Shown: positions 15,914-23,630 of the stretch, piece by piece
Layout: each line of letters opens with the position of its first letter
Position numbering within the stretch: the first letter of the stretch is position 1
Assembly (NCBI RefSeq): GCF_000020025.1
Contig: NC_010628.1
Location: 6,210,001-6,242,000 of the forward strand
Direction of reading: 5' to 3'
DNA: 32,000 nucleotides
From: Nostoc punctiforme PCC 73102
GTDB lineage: Bacteria > Cyanobacteriota > Cyanobacteriia > Cyanobacteriales > Nostocaceae
The notes under the pieces: model-generated
The model's database searches: none
The model's input: the letters and a program-made list of their open reading frames with translations, nothing else
Told to the model about the DNA's origin: nothing
Translations under genes and position numbers: made by a program

Positions 15914-16883
15914 CTATCAAAAAGCGCGACAAGCGGAAAATGCCGTGGCATTGGTGGCTCCAGATGCCGAAGCCTCCTATCTTGCTGGTGGTACCAGCCT
16001 AATCGATTTGATGAAGTTGAATGTGCAAACGCCAAGAGAGTTGGTTGATATTAACCCACTCCCACTAAGCAAGATAGAAATGCAAAGTAACAATCTGCGG
16101 ATTGGAGCAATGGCACGTAATAGCGATGTTGCTTATGATGCAATAATTCAAAAGCGTTACCCTGTGCTGTCAGAAGCGTTGTTGTCTGGAGCATCACCGC
16201 AACTGCGAAACATGGCAACAGTGGGCGGAAATTTGCTACAACGTACCCGGTGTTACTACTTCCGCGATACTTCCATGCCCTGCAATAAGCGCGTTCCTGG
16301 TTCCGGTTGTGCGGCAATTGAGGGTTATAATCGGATTCATGCAATTCTCGGCGGTAGCGATCGCTGTATTGCCACTCATCCTTCTGATATGGCGGTGGCA
16401 ATGGTGGCACTTGATGCGGTTGTGCAAACACGAGGGCCGAATGGAGAGCGGAGTATTCCCCTTGTAGATTTTCATCTTGTCCCTGGCGAGACACCAGAAC
16501 GGGAAACAGTTTTACAACATGGAGAGTTGATTGTTGCCGTTGACTTACCTGCTTCACCCAATGCAGCCCGATCGCACTATTTAAAAGTTCGCGATCGCGC
16601 CTCTTATGCTTTTGCAATGGTATCAGTGGCGGCGGCGCTAGATATTCAAAATGGGATCATTCGCTCGGCTCGCATTGCCCTTGGTGGGGTAGGGACAAAA
16701 CCGTGGCGTGCCTACGATGCAGAAAAAGCGCTTTTGAATAAACCAGCAAACCAAGCAGCATTTCAAGCAGCAGCAAATACTGCCGTTGCTGGAGCTAAAC
16801 CTCAAAAATACAACGGGTTTAAAGTCGAACTGGCTAAACGCACCATTGTTAAGGCGCTGACAACAGTAGGAGGGATGGCATGA
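15900..16883 (+). CDS. FAD-binding medium subunit (PaoB/YagS-like) with a four-Cys [4Fe-4S]-type insertion
   Basis: AGGTSLIDLMKL, LRNMATVGGNLLQRTRCYYF..PCNKR..GSGCAA..RCIATHPSDMAVAM and KVRDRASYAFA are very close to my recollection of E. coli PaoB. ATG 15900 overlaps the upstream stop by 14 nt. Confidence 0.9.
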   Translation: MQPFNYQKARQAENAVALVAPDAEASYLAGGTSLIDLMKLNVQTPRELVDINPLPLSKIEMQSNNLRIGAMARNSDVAYDAIIQKRYPVLSEALLSGASPQLRNMATVGGNLLQRTRCYYFRDTSMPCNKRVPGSGCAAIEGYNRIHAILGGSDRCIATHPSDMAVAMVALDAVVQTRGPNGERSIPLVDFHLVPGETPERETVLQHGELIVAVDLPASPNAARSHYLKVRDRASYAFAMVSVAAALDIQNGIIRSARIALGGVGTKPWRAYDAEKALLNKPANQAAFQAAANTAVAGAKPQKYNGFKVELAKRTIVKALTTVGGMA

Positions 16884-19093
16884 ATGCAAGTGATACAAAT
16901 ATAGTTGTCGGCAAACCACTCAACCGAGTTGATGGTTATCTTAAGGTGACAGGTGAAGCACGCTATGCAGCAGAGTTTCCAGTTGCAAAAATGACTTATG
17001 GAGTCACAATTCAAAGTGCGATCGCTAAAGGGAAGATTGCCCAAATCGATACAAAGGCGGCGGAGCAAGTACCGGGTGTATTAGCAGTTATTACCCACCT
17101 CAACGCGCCCAAAGCTGATGGAGAAAAGGGCGGCGGTCATAAGGTGCAAGTGTTACAAGATAACACTGTACTGTATAGCGGTCAGCATATTGGTGTCGTC
17201 GTTGCCGATACCTTTGAACGAGCGATGTATGCTGCCTCACTCGTACAAGTTCGCTATGACGAAGAGAAACCCACCATCAATATGCGGGAGAATCTCGCTA
17301 AAGCATACTTTCCTAAAGGTAAAATCCCTAGAGAGGAATCGCCTGATTCATCTCACGGCAATGTCAAACAGGGACTAGCGAATGCTGCTGTGCGCGTCGA
17401 GCAAACCTATACCACTCCAGTGGAAAATCACAATCCGATGGAGCCTCATGCCACAACAGCAGTTTGGCAAGGCGATCAATTGCTGTTGTATGACGCAACT
17501 CAGGGAATTTTTTCGACTCAACAAAAAGTTGCGGAGGTATTAGGAATTGAGCCTGAGAAAGTCCGCATTATGTCTTACTTTGTGGGCGGTGGCTTTGGTT
17601 GCAAAGGGTCGGCTTGGTCGCACGTACCACTAGCAGCGATCGCAGCACGGCAGGTAAATCGCCCAGTCAAATTAGTTCTGGGACGGATACAAATGTATGG
17701 GCCTGTCGGCTTCCGACCAGAGACAATTCAACAAGTTTCTTTGGGTGCTACCCGCGAAGGAAAATTAACTGCACTCCGACACACTGGCACTTCACAGACT
17801 TCAACTTTTGATGAATTCATTGAACCTGTTGGTAAAAGTGCCCGCATGATTTACGCTTGCCCGAATATCGAAACTAGCCATCGTCTGGTTCAGCTAGATC
17901 AGGGAACACCAACCTATATGCGGGCCCCAGGTGAAGCTTCTGGATCGTTCGCCTTAGAGTCGGCAATGGACGAACTCGCTTATGCACTCAATATCGATCC
18001 GGTGGAACTGCGTCTGCGTAACCATGCTGATGTCGATCCTAGTAAAGGACTGCCTTGGTCGAGCAAGTCACTCATCCAGTGCTACAAGACAGGAGCAGAA
18101 AAATTTGGCTGGCAAAAGCGCAATCCTCAACCCCGTTCGATGCGAGACGGCAATTATTTGATTGGTTGGGGTATGGCAACAGCTACTTATCCTACCAATC
18201 GTTCTCCAGCATCAGCGATCGCTAAGATTATGGCAGACGGTACAGCTGTAGTGCAAAGTGGTTCTCAAGATATTGGTACAGGCACTTATACTGTCATGAC
18301 TCAAGTTGCAGCTGAGGCGCTTGGTCTAGCAGTTGAGAAAGTTCGCTTTGAACTAGGCGATACTAAGATGCCAAAAACTCCCGTTTCCGGTGGTTCGCAA
18401 ACCGCCGCTAGTGTGAGTTCGGCTGTACATTTAGCGGGCAATCAAGCTCGCAGTAAGCTTTTGCAACTAGCACTTGCCGATGAAAAATCACCGCTTTATA
18501 GTTCAAATGCTGAAGATGTGATTGCCCAAAATGGCAGCTTTTTCTTAAAAAATAAATCGTCTGTAAGCGAAACATATCAGGCAATCTTGGCACGGCATGG
18601 AATGAAAACGATCGAAGCACGTGCAGATGCCAAGCTTGGGGACGAGCAAAAGAAGTTTTCAATGCACGCATTTGGATCGCAATTTGCCGAAGTCCGCGTT
18701 AACCCTGATTCCGGCGAAGTGCGAGTAACGCGCTGGGTGGGAAGCTTTGGTGTTGGACGTATCCTCAACGCCAAAACAGCCAACAGTCAACTCATCGGTG
18801 GGATTGTCTACGGTATCGGGATGGCACTGATGGAACATACGATTATAGACCCGAATCTAGGACGCGTTGTCAACCATGATTTAGCTGAATATCACGTACC
18901 AGTAAATGCAGACGTTCCTGATATTGAGGTGTTGTTTGTCGATGAACACGATCCACATATCAACCCGCTTGGTGTCAAGGGGATTGGGGAAATTGGCATT
19001 ACCGGTACTGCTGCGGCGATCGCTAACGCTGTTTATCATGCCACAGGTAAGCGCGTTCGTGATTTGCCAATTACATTAGATAAATTGTTGTAG
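16880..19093 (+). CDS. Molybdopterin-binding large subunit (PaoC/YagR-like) of xanthine dehydrogenase-family aldehyde oxidoreductase
   Basis: 737 aa. GEARYAAEF, GGGFGCKG, YMRAPGE and KGIGEIGITG motifs. ATGA start/stop overlap at 16880-16883. Confidence 0.9.
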   Translation: MNASDTNIVVGKPLNRVDGYLKVTGEARYAAEFPVAKMTYGVTIQSAIAKGKIAQIDTKAAEQVPGVLAVITHLNAPKADGEKGGGHKVQVLQDNTVLYSGQHIGVVVADTFERAMYAASLVQVRYDEEKPTINMRENLAKAYFPKGKIPREESPDSSHGNVKQGLANAAVRVEQTYTTPVENHNPMEPHATTAVWQGDQLLLYDATQGIFSTQQKVAEVLGIEPEKVRIMSYFVGGGFGCKGSAWSHVPLAAIAARQVNRPVKLVLGRIQMYGPVGFRPETIQQVSLGATREGKLTALRHTGTSQTSTFDEFIEPVGKSARMIYACPNIETSHRLVQLDQGTPTYMRAPGEASGSFALESAMDELAYALNIDPVELRLRNHADVDPSKGLPWSSKSLIQCYKTGAEKFGWQKRNPQPRSMRDGNYLIGWGMATATYPTNRSPASAIAKIMADGTAVVQSGSQDIGTGTYTVMTQVAAEALGLAVEKVRFELGDTKMPKTPVSGGSQTAASVSSAVHLAGNQARSKLLQLALADEKSPLYSSNAEDVIAQNGSFFLKNKSSVSETYQAILARHGMKTIEARADAKLGDEQKKFSMHAFGSQFAEVRVNPDSGEVRVTRWVGSFGVGRILNAKTANSQLIGGIVYGIGMALMEHTIIDPNLGRVVNHDLAEYHVPVNADVPDIEVLFVDEHDPHINPLGVKGIGEIGITGTAAAIANAVYHATGKRVRDLPITLDKLL

Positions 19094-19240
19094 TCATTTG
19101 TCATTAGGCATTGGGAATTGGGAATTGGGCATAAGGAAGAGACTTATTCAATAATTCTCCCTTGTCCCCCTTGTCTTCCTTGTCTCCCTCATCTCCCTCT
19201 GCCCCCTGCCTCCCCTGCTCCCCTGCTCCCCCTGTCCTCC
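19094..19240. repeat. Composite repeat (CATTTGT, AATTGGG array, 23-nt core 19135-19157, CTTGTCC arrays, CCCCTGC arrays) between convergent stops
   Basis: Core GGAAGAGACTTATTCAATAATTC is the exact reverse complement of 10406-10428. The repeat generates the spurious Pro/Ser-rich ORF 19162-19539(+). Confidence 0.85.
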
Positions 19241-19249
19241 ATCGAGCGG

Positions 19250-19660
19250 TTACGCCATCGCAACGGCCTTTTTACGAGAAGGACGTTTGCGGTCTGATTT
19301 TTTCTTCAGTCCCACCGCTTGGGCTTGATCGCTATCTGAGCCATATTGCCCGCGCACAACTTCTTTCATCGCTAATACAGCATTATGAAATTCCCATTCT
19401 GCTAATCGGGCAGCATCAGCAGCAGCCCGGTACAAAGCTAGTTTCTCTGTTTCGGCTTGTTGAGAAATCAACATCGCCTGATAAACTTCCTGTAACTTTG
19501 TTGATGAGGCATCAACACGGGTTGTATTGTAAGTGCTGACGGTTTGCAAACCGTGGAATGAACTAATATCTTGACTAATGGTTTGAGGACGCAAACGGCG
19601 TGTTGTATCTTGGATAGTCATAGATGTATAAGTACTATAGTCTACATTTAATGTACCCAT
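19250..19660 (-). CDS. Hypothetical protein (136 aa; predicted helical core, Lys/Arg-rich C-terminal tail)
   Basis: Non-repetitive ORF with an ATG start. Sequence ..AETEKLALYRAAADAARLAEWEFHNAVLAMKEVVRGQYGSDSDQAQAVGLKKKSDRKRPSRKK. No family recognised. The competing + strand ORF is repeat-derived. Confidence 0.55.
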   Translation of the reverse strand: MGTLNVDYSTYTSMTIQDTTRRLRPQTISQDISSFHGLQTVSTYNTTRVDASSTKLQEVYQAMLISQQAETEKLALYRAAADAARLAEWEFHNAVLAMKEVVRGQYGSDSDQAQAVGLKKKSDRKRPSRKKAVAMA

Positions 19661-19786
19661 TACAACTCAAAAGCTATCAGTAAGATAAATTTAAATAGAT
19701 ATTTGGTGAACAATGATGTAGAGACGCAAAAGCGCGTAGCGGGGCGTTAGCGTAGCCCAGCCCAGTCCAATTTCGCGTTTTTACAT

Positions 19787-19954
19787 TGCATTGTGAATGT
19801 ATCAATTTGCATTGTAAATGTATCGGCTTGCATTGTGAATGCATCAGTTTGCATTGTAAATGCATCGGTTTGCATTGTGAATGCATCGGTTTGCATTATG
19901 AATTCATCGCCTTGCATTATGAACGCATTGGCTTGCATTGTGAATGCGTCTTAC
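19787..19954. repeat. Tandem array of 8 x 21 bp (consensus TGCATTGTGAATGCATCGGTT; each unit holds the palindrome TGCATT-GTG-AATGCA)
   Basis: Units at 19787-19807, 19808-19828 ... 19934-19954; the last is degenerate. Four track ORFs over this region (two per strand) translate only as heptapeptide repeats. Confidence 0.95.
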
Positions 19955-20275
19955 GGAGTAAGTTCTAAAACACACCTTAGTTAGATTCTCTATGCCAAAT
20001 TGTCGTGATACATTTGGCTTATTCCTGTTATTGCTTGTAGGAGACAATTATAGAGATTGGTAAACACAATTTTTAATAAACTGCTTCCGCTTCGAGACTA
20101 GAGTAAAACGACACTACAGCAATGAATCCAGCTTATCTGGGTTAAATATTAATACTATGCTTAACTGTTTTTTAAGCAAGAAAAGGCATTGGCATTCATC
20201 AAAAGTTTGAAGTTAGAAGCAAAGGAAAATGTTGAATTATAACTGCAAATTATTGAAGCAAACCTGGAGACGATC

Positions 20276-20839
20276 GTGACTAAATTAACAAATTTACGAG
20301 TTGCAGTATTAGCAACCGATGGGTTTGAAGAAGCTGAACTTACAGAACCCGTAAAAGCACTCAAAGAAGCTGGCGCACAAGTTGAAATTCTCTCAACCAA
20401 ATCTGGACAAATCCAAGCGTTTCGGCATCATGACAAAAGCATAACTGTAAATGTCGATCGGGTTCTCGATCGAGCAGAAGCAAGCGAATACGATGCAGTG
20501 TTGTTACCTGGTGGCGCACTCAATGCCGATACGCTAAGAATGGGGCCGAAAGTACAATCTTTCTTACAGCAAATACAACAAGCAGGTAAACCATTCGCCG
20601 TTATTTGCCACGCAGCTTGGGAATTGATATCTGCCAACTTGGTGCAAGGACGCACTTTAACCAGCTATTACACAATTCAAGATGACATCCGTAACGCAGG
20701 CGGTAACTGGATAGATAAAGAAGTTGTAGTAGATGGAAATTGGGTAACAAGTCGTCAACCAGATGATATCCCGGCATTCAATCAGGAAATGTTGAATCTG
20801 TTTGCACAATTTGCACCAACGGCATCCGGCTCACATTAA
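20276..20839 (+). CDS. DJ-1/PfpI family protein (type 1 glutamine amidotransferase-like; PfpI/YhbO/glyoxalase III group)
   Basis: 187 aa, GTG start. VAVLATDGFEEAEL, LPGG and nucleophile elbow PFAVICHAAW. Confidence 0.85.
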   Translation: MTKLTNLRVAVLATDGFEEAELTEPVKALKEAGAQVEILSTKSGQIQAFRHHDKSITVNVDRVLDRAEASEYDAVLLPGGALNADTLRMGPKVQSFLQQIQQAGKPFAVICHAAWELISANLVQGRTLTSYYTIQDDIRNAGGNWIDKEVVVDGNWVTSRQPDDIPAFNQEMLNLFAQFAPTASGSH

Positions 20840-20954
20840 TCGGTTGTCTGGCTCCTGATTTTAACTCGTCATTACATTAGCGATCGCACCCAACTATCCG
20901 ATCGCGACAGTTTTGCATTTCAAAATACACTTTTATTTAAGGAAAGCCTTGATT

Positions 20955-21665
20955 ATGTCCAACTTCAAAATATTTTCTACTGGTTTAGCAGCGATCGCTT
21001 TATCTGTCGCAACTGGTTGCACACCAACTACTCCCCGCGACCAGAATACATCGGAAGTTCCATCTGCTCAGTCTGTGCAAGCAACTGAGAGCCCATCTCC
21101 AACTGCTTCCCCAACTGTTTCACCAACTACATCAGGTCAAAATAATCTTAGTTCTTCAGACAGACAATTTATCACTGAAGCGGCTCAAGATGGTTTAGCA
21201 GAAGTCCAATTAGGACAACTTGCATCACAACGTGGAAAGAGCGATGTAGTCAAACAATATGGACAGCGTATGGTTCAAGATCATACCCAGGCCAACGCGC
21301 AACTCAAACAGTTGGCAGCTCAAAAAGGTGTCACGCTGCCAACTACTATCGGCAGCAATAATCAGCAAATCAAGCAACGTTTATCTAGGCTTTCTGGTAG
21401 TAACTTCGATCGCCAATATCTGAATCAGATGCTTCAAGCTCATGAAAAGGATGTCGCGGCATTTCAAACTGAAGCTGAACAGGGACAAGATCCAGATGTG
21501 AAGGCATTTGCGGCTCAAACGCTACCAACCCTCCAACAACACTTGGAAGAGGTTCGTTCCATTGTTAATCCTGGTGGAACTTCAAATAGTACCCCAACTA
21601 GCAGCCCAACTAGCAGTCCAACTAGCAGTCCAACTAGCAGCCCAACTCCAACCAGCACCCCATAA
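20955..21665 (+). CDS. DUF4142 domain-containing lipoprotein with Ser/Pro/Thr-rich linkers
   Basis: ATG 20955 follows AAGGAAAG. Signal plus lipobox MSNFKIFSTGLAAIALSVATGC. DUF4142-like FITEAAQDGLAEVQLGQLA..DH..FDRQYLNQMLQAHEKDV..F. The C-terminal (PTSS)x4 comes from a 12-bp tandem repeat at 21594-21641. The track start 20913 is less likely. Confidence 0.75.
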   Translation: MSNFKIFSTGLAAIALSVATGCTPTTPRDQNTSEVPSAQSVQATESPSPTASPTVSPTTSGQNNLSSSDRQFITEAAQDGLAEVQLGQLASQRGKSDVVKQYGQRMVQDHTQANAQLKQLAAQKGVTLPTTIGSNNQQIKQRLSRLSGSNFDRQYLNQMLQAHEKDVAAFQTEAEQGQDPDVKAFAAQTLPTLQQHLEEVRSIVNPGGTSNSTPTSSPTSSPTSSPTSSPTPTSTP

Positions 21666-21694
21666 ATCCCAAATTTCATCATTAAAAAACCACA

Positions 21695-23014
21695 ATGTCT
21701 GAATTGTTTAAAGGAGAGTTTTCTCGTCGTCAGATTCTAACAACTGCTGGATTAGGAGCCATTTCAGCCGCCGCCCTTGGTAGTATGAACGAAGAGGTTG
21801 CAGCCCAACAACCGACTGGGCAAGCTACCCCACATGGAGGTTCCTTACCGCCTCAGATTAAATTTGCGCCGATTTCAGAAAAGACTGAGGTAGATACAGG
21901 CGGGCCTCCAACAGCATTACCTCCAGAGCGACGTTTGGGATTTGCGATCGTTGGACTGGGCAGACTGGCGTTAGAAGAAATCATGCCTGCATTTGCAGAA
22001 TGTAAACTAGCAAAGCCAACTGCATTAGTTAGTGGTGATGCTGCCAAAGCAAATCAAGTTGCCCAGCAGTATGGCATTAAACCGCAGAATGTTTACAATT
22101 ATCAGAATTACGACAATCTCCGCAATAATTCAGACGTTGATGTTATCTATATAGTGCTGCCCAACAGTATGCACCGGGAATATACGGTGCGTGGTGCTAA
22201 AGCCGGTAAGCATATTTTGTGTGAAAAGCCAATGGCGACTACGGTAGAAGATTGTCAACAGATGATCGATGCGTGCAAACAAAGCGATCGCAAGTTGATG
22301 ATTGCCTATCGCTGCCAATATGAGCCGCACCATCGCGCCATGATTCAGATGATCCGCAGCAAAGAATTAGGAACTCTGAAGGTGATTCAGGCAGATAATG
22401 GACAAAACCAGGGCGGGGATTTAAACCAGTGGCGATTAAAACGCGCTTTAGCTGGAGGTGGATCTTTACCAGATGTAGGAATCTATTGCCTGAATGCAAC
22501 TCGCTATTTGACGGGAGAAGAACCGATCGCAATTAGCGCCCAAACCTTCAGCACTCCTGGCGATCCACGCTTCAAAGAGGTGGAAGAAAGTGTTACTTTT
22601 CAACTGCGGTTTCCTAGTGGAGTGCTAGGGATTTGCTCTACTAGCTATGGCTTTCACGAAGGGCGGCGGTTTCGTGTCTTTGGCTCTGATGCTTGGGGAC
22701 AACTCGATCCGGCGTTCTCTTACAACGGTTTGCGAATGATGATTTCGCGCAAATCACCAACCAATAGTATGGCAGAAAACATCAGCGAAGTGCGGATAGG
22801 TGAAAAAAACCAGTTCGCCTTAGAAATGGATCATATTGCAGATTGTGTGATTCAGAATAAACAACCCCACACACCAGGGGAAGAAGGTTTGCAAGACCAA
22901 AAACTAATAACATTGATTTACGAAGCCGCACAAACAGGCAAAACAATCTCTCTACCTCGTGTATCATCAGGACTGGATGCCACTCGTGGCCCCGCTCCTA
23001 GAATGCTTCATTAA
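21695..23014 (+). CDS. Gfo/Idh/MocA family oxidoreductase with twin-arginine (Tat) signal (glucose-fructose oxidoreductase-like, periplasmic)
   Basis: 439 aa. FSRRQILTTAGLGAISAAAL leader. Rossmann region FAIVGLGRLALEEIMP and LCEKPMA motif. Confidence 0.85.
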   Translation: MSELFKGEFSRRQILTTAGLGAISAAALGSMNEEVAAQQPTGQATPHGGSLPPQIKFAPISEKTEVDTGGPPTALPPERRLGFAIVGLGRLALEEIMPAFAECKLAKPTALVSGDAAKANQVAQQYGIKPQNVYNYQNYDNLRNNSDVDVIYIVLPNSMHREYTVRGAKAGKHILCEKPMATTVEDCQQMIDACKQSDRKLMIAYRCQYEPHHRAMIQMIRSKELGTLKVIQADNGQNQGGDLNQWRLKRALAGGGSLPDVGIYCLNATRYLTGEEPIAISAQTFSTPGDPRFKEVEESVTFQLRFPSGVLGICSTSYGFHEGRRFRVFGSDAWGQLDPAFSYNGLRMMISRKSPTNSMAENISEVRIGEKNQFALEMDHIADCVIQNKQPHTPGEEGLQDQKLITLIYEAAQTGKTISLPRVSSGLDATRGPAPRMLH

Positions 23015-23033
23015 AGTTGAAGCGTTTTTTAAA

Positions 23034-23201
23034 TGCAGAGAGACATATTGGCATTGCAAAGGGACGCATTGGCATTGCAGAGGAACGCATTGGCATTGCA
23101 GAGGGACGCATTGGTATTGCAGAGGGACGCATTGACATTACAGAGGTACGCATTAACATTACAAAGGGACGCATTGGCATTGCAGAGGAACGCATTAATT
23201 G
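23034..23201. repeat. Tandem array of 8 x 21 bp (consensus TGCAGAGGGACGCATTGGCAT; contains direct GCATTG-GCATTG)
   Basis: Units at 23034-23054 ... 23181-23201. By hand it is 13/21 (direct, rotated) or 14/21 (reverse complement) identical to the 19787-19954 unit. It starts 20 nt after the Gfo/Idh/MocA stop. Confidence 0.95.
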
Positions 23202-23266
23202 AACTTAGTACAACATTTCATTAATTTGTAGCTAATTTATTGCGTTTACTTTTGCGCTCCTCTGCA

Positions 23267-23387
23267 TTTATACCAATTCTCTATGAAGATGCACATAACA
23301 AGACCCCCCTGTAGTCCCCCCTTGGCAAGGGGGGACGGCGACAGCTGGGGGTAAATATATGCAGCTTCACAAAGAAACGGTATTAAA
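23267..23387. repeat. About 120-bp foldback (MITE-like) element with about 30-nt imperfect inverted arms and a central G/C hairpin GTCCCCCCTT-GGC-AAGGGGGGAC (23314-23336)
   Basis: Left arm TTTATACCAATTCTCTATGAAGATGCACATA versus the reverse complement of the right arm TAATACCGTTTCTTTGTGAAGCTGCATATAT. Central perfect 10-bp stem. Confidence 0.6.
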
Positions 23388-23484
23388 TAAAATTAAACCT
23401 TTAACCAGTTCGTTAAAAAAATTGACTTTCACAAATAGTTATAGATCAACAAAGTTCAGTGAGCGTCAAAAACCACCGAAAATG

Positions 23485-23507
23485 TTGGGTTTCGTTCCTC
23501 AACCCAA
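23485..23507. repeat. Small hairpin repeat TTGGGTT-tcgttcctc-AACCCAA, recalled as common in Nostocales intergenic DNA
   Basis: Perfect 7-bp stem. Identifying it as a dispersed family rests on memory only; there is one copy in this window. Confidence 0.35.
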
Positions 23508-23630
23508 TCTACGATTATCCTTCAATGAAGCGTATTGAGTTATAGCCTTAACTAAACTTTATTAGTTTTCATTGTCACTATAATATCTTCAAGCTTCAAA
23601 ACTACTATAAATAGAAAAATAAGCAATCAA

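Noticed and set aside
16051-17068. Multiple minus-strand ORFs (16051-16617, 16236-16475, 16638-16919, 16802-17068) inside the pao genes
   Set aside because: They are antisense to strongly supported PaoB/PaoC-like CDSs, with Cys/His-rich nonsense translations typical of the antisense strand.
19162-19539. ORF 19162-19539(+), 125 aa, Pro/Ser-rich N-terminus
   Set aside because: The first third is translated from CTTGTCC/CCCCTGC heptamer arrays. The rest is antisense to the better-behaved 136-aa minus-strand ORF.
19677-19984. Four ORFs over array A, and 22998-23224 over array B; also considered as a possible CRISPR array
   Set aside because: The translations are heptapeptide repeats. The units are contiguous with no unique spacers, the 21-bp period is too short for CRISPR, and no cas genes are nearby.
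19992-20063. Small 23-codon ORF (MPNCRDTFGLFLLLLVGDNYRDW) between array A and the DJ-1/PfpI gene
   Set aside because: No ribosome-binding site and no recognisable family. It is too short to support from sequence alone.
20913-20954. Upstream extension of the DUF4142 ORF (track start 20913, TTG-type start)
   Set aside because: ATG 20955 has an AAGGAAAG Shine-Dalgarno-like sequence and yields a clean lipoprotein signal peptide. The extension (MHFKIHFYLRKALI) adds nothing recognisable.
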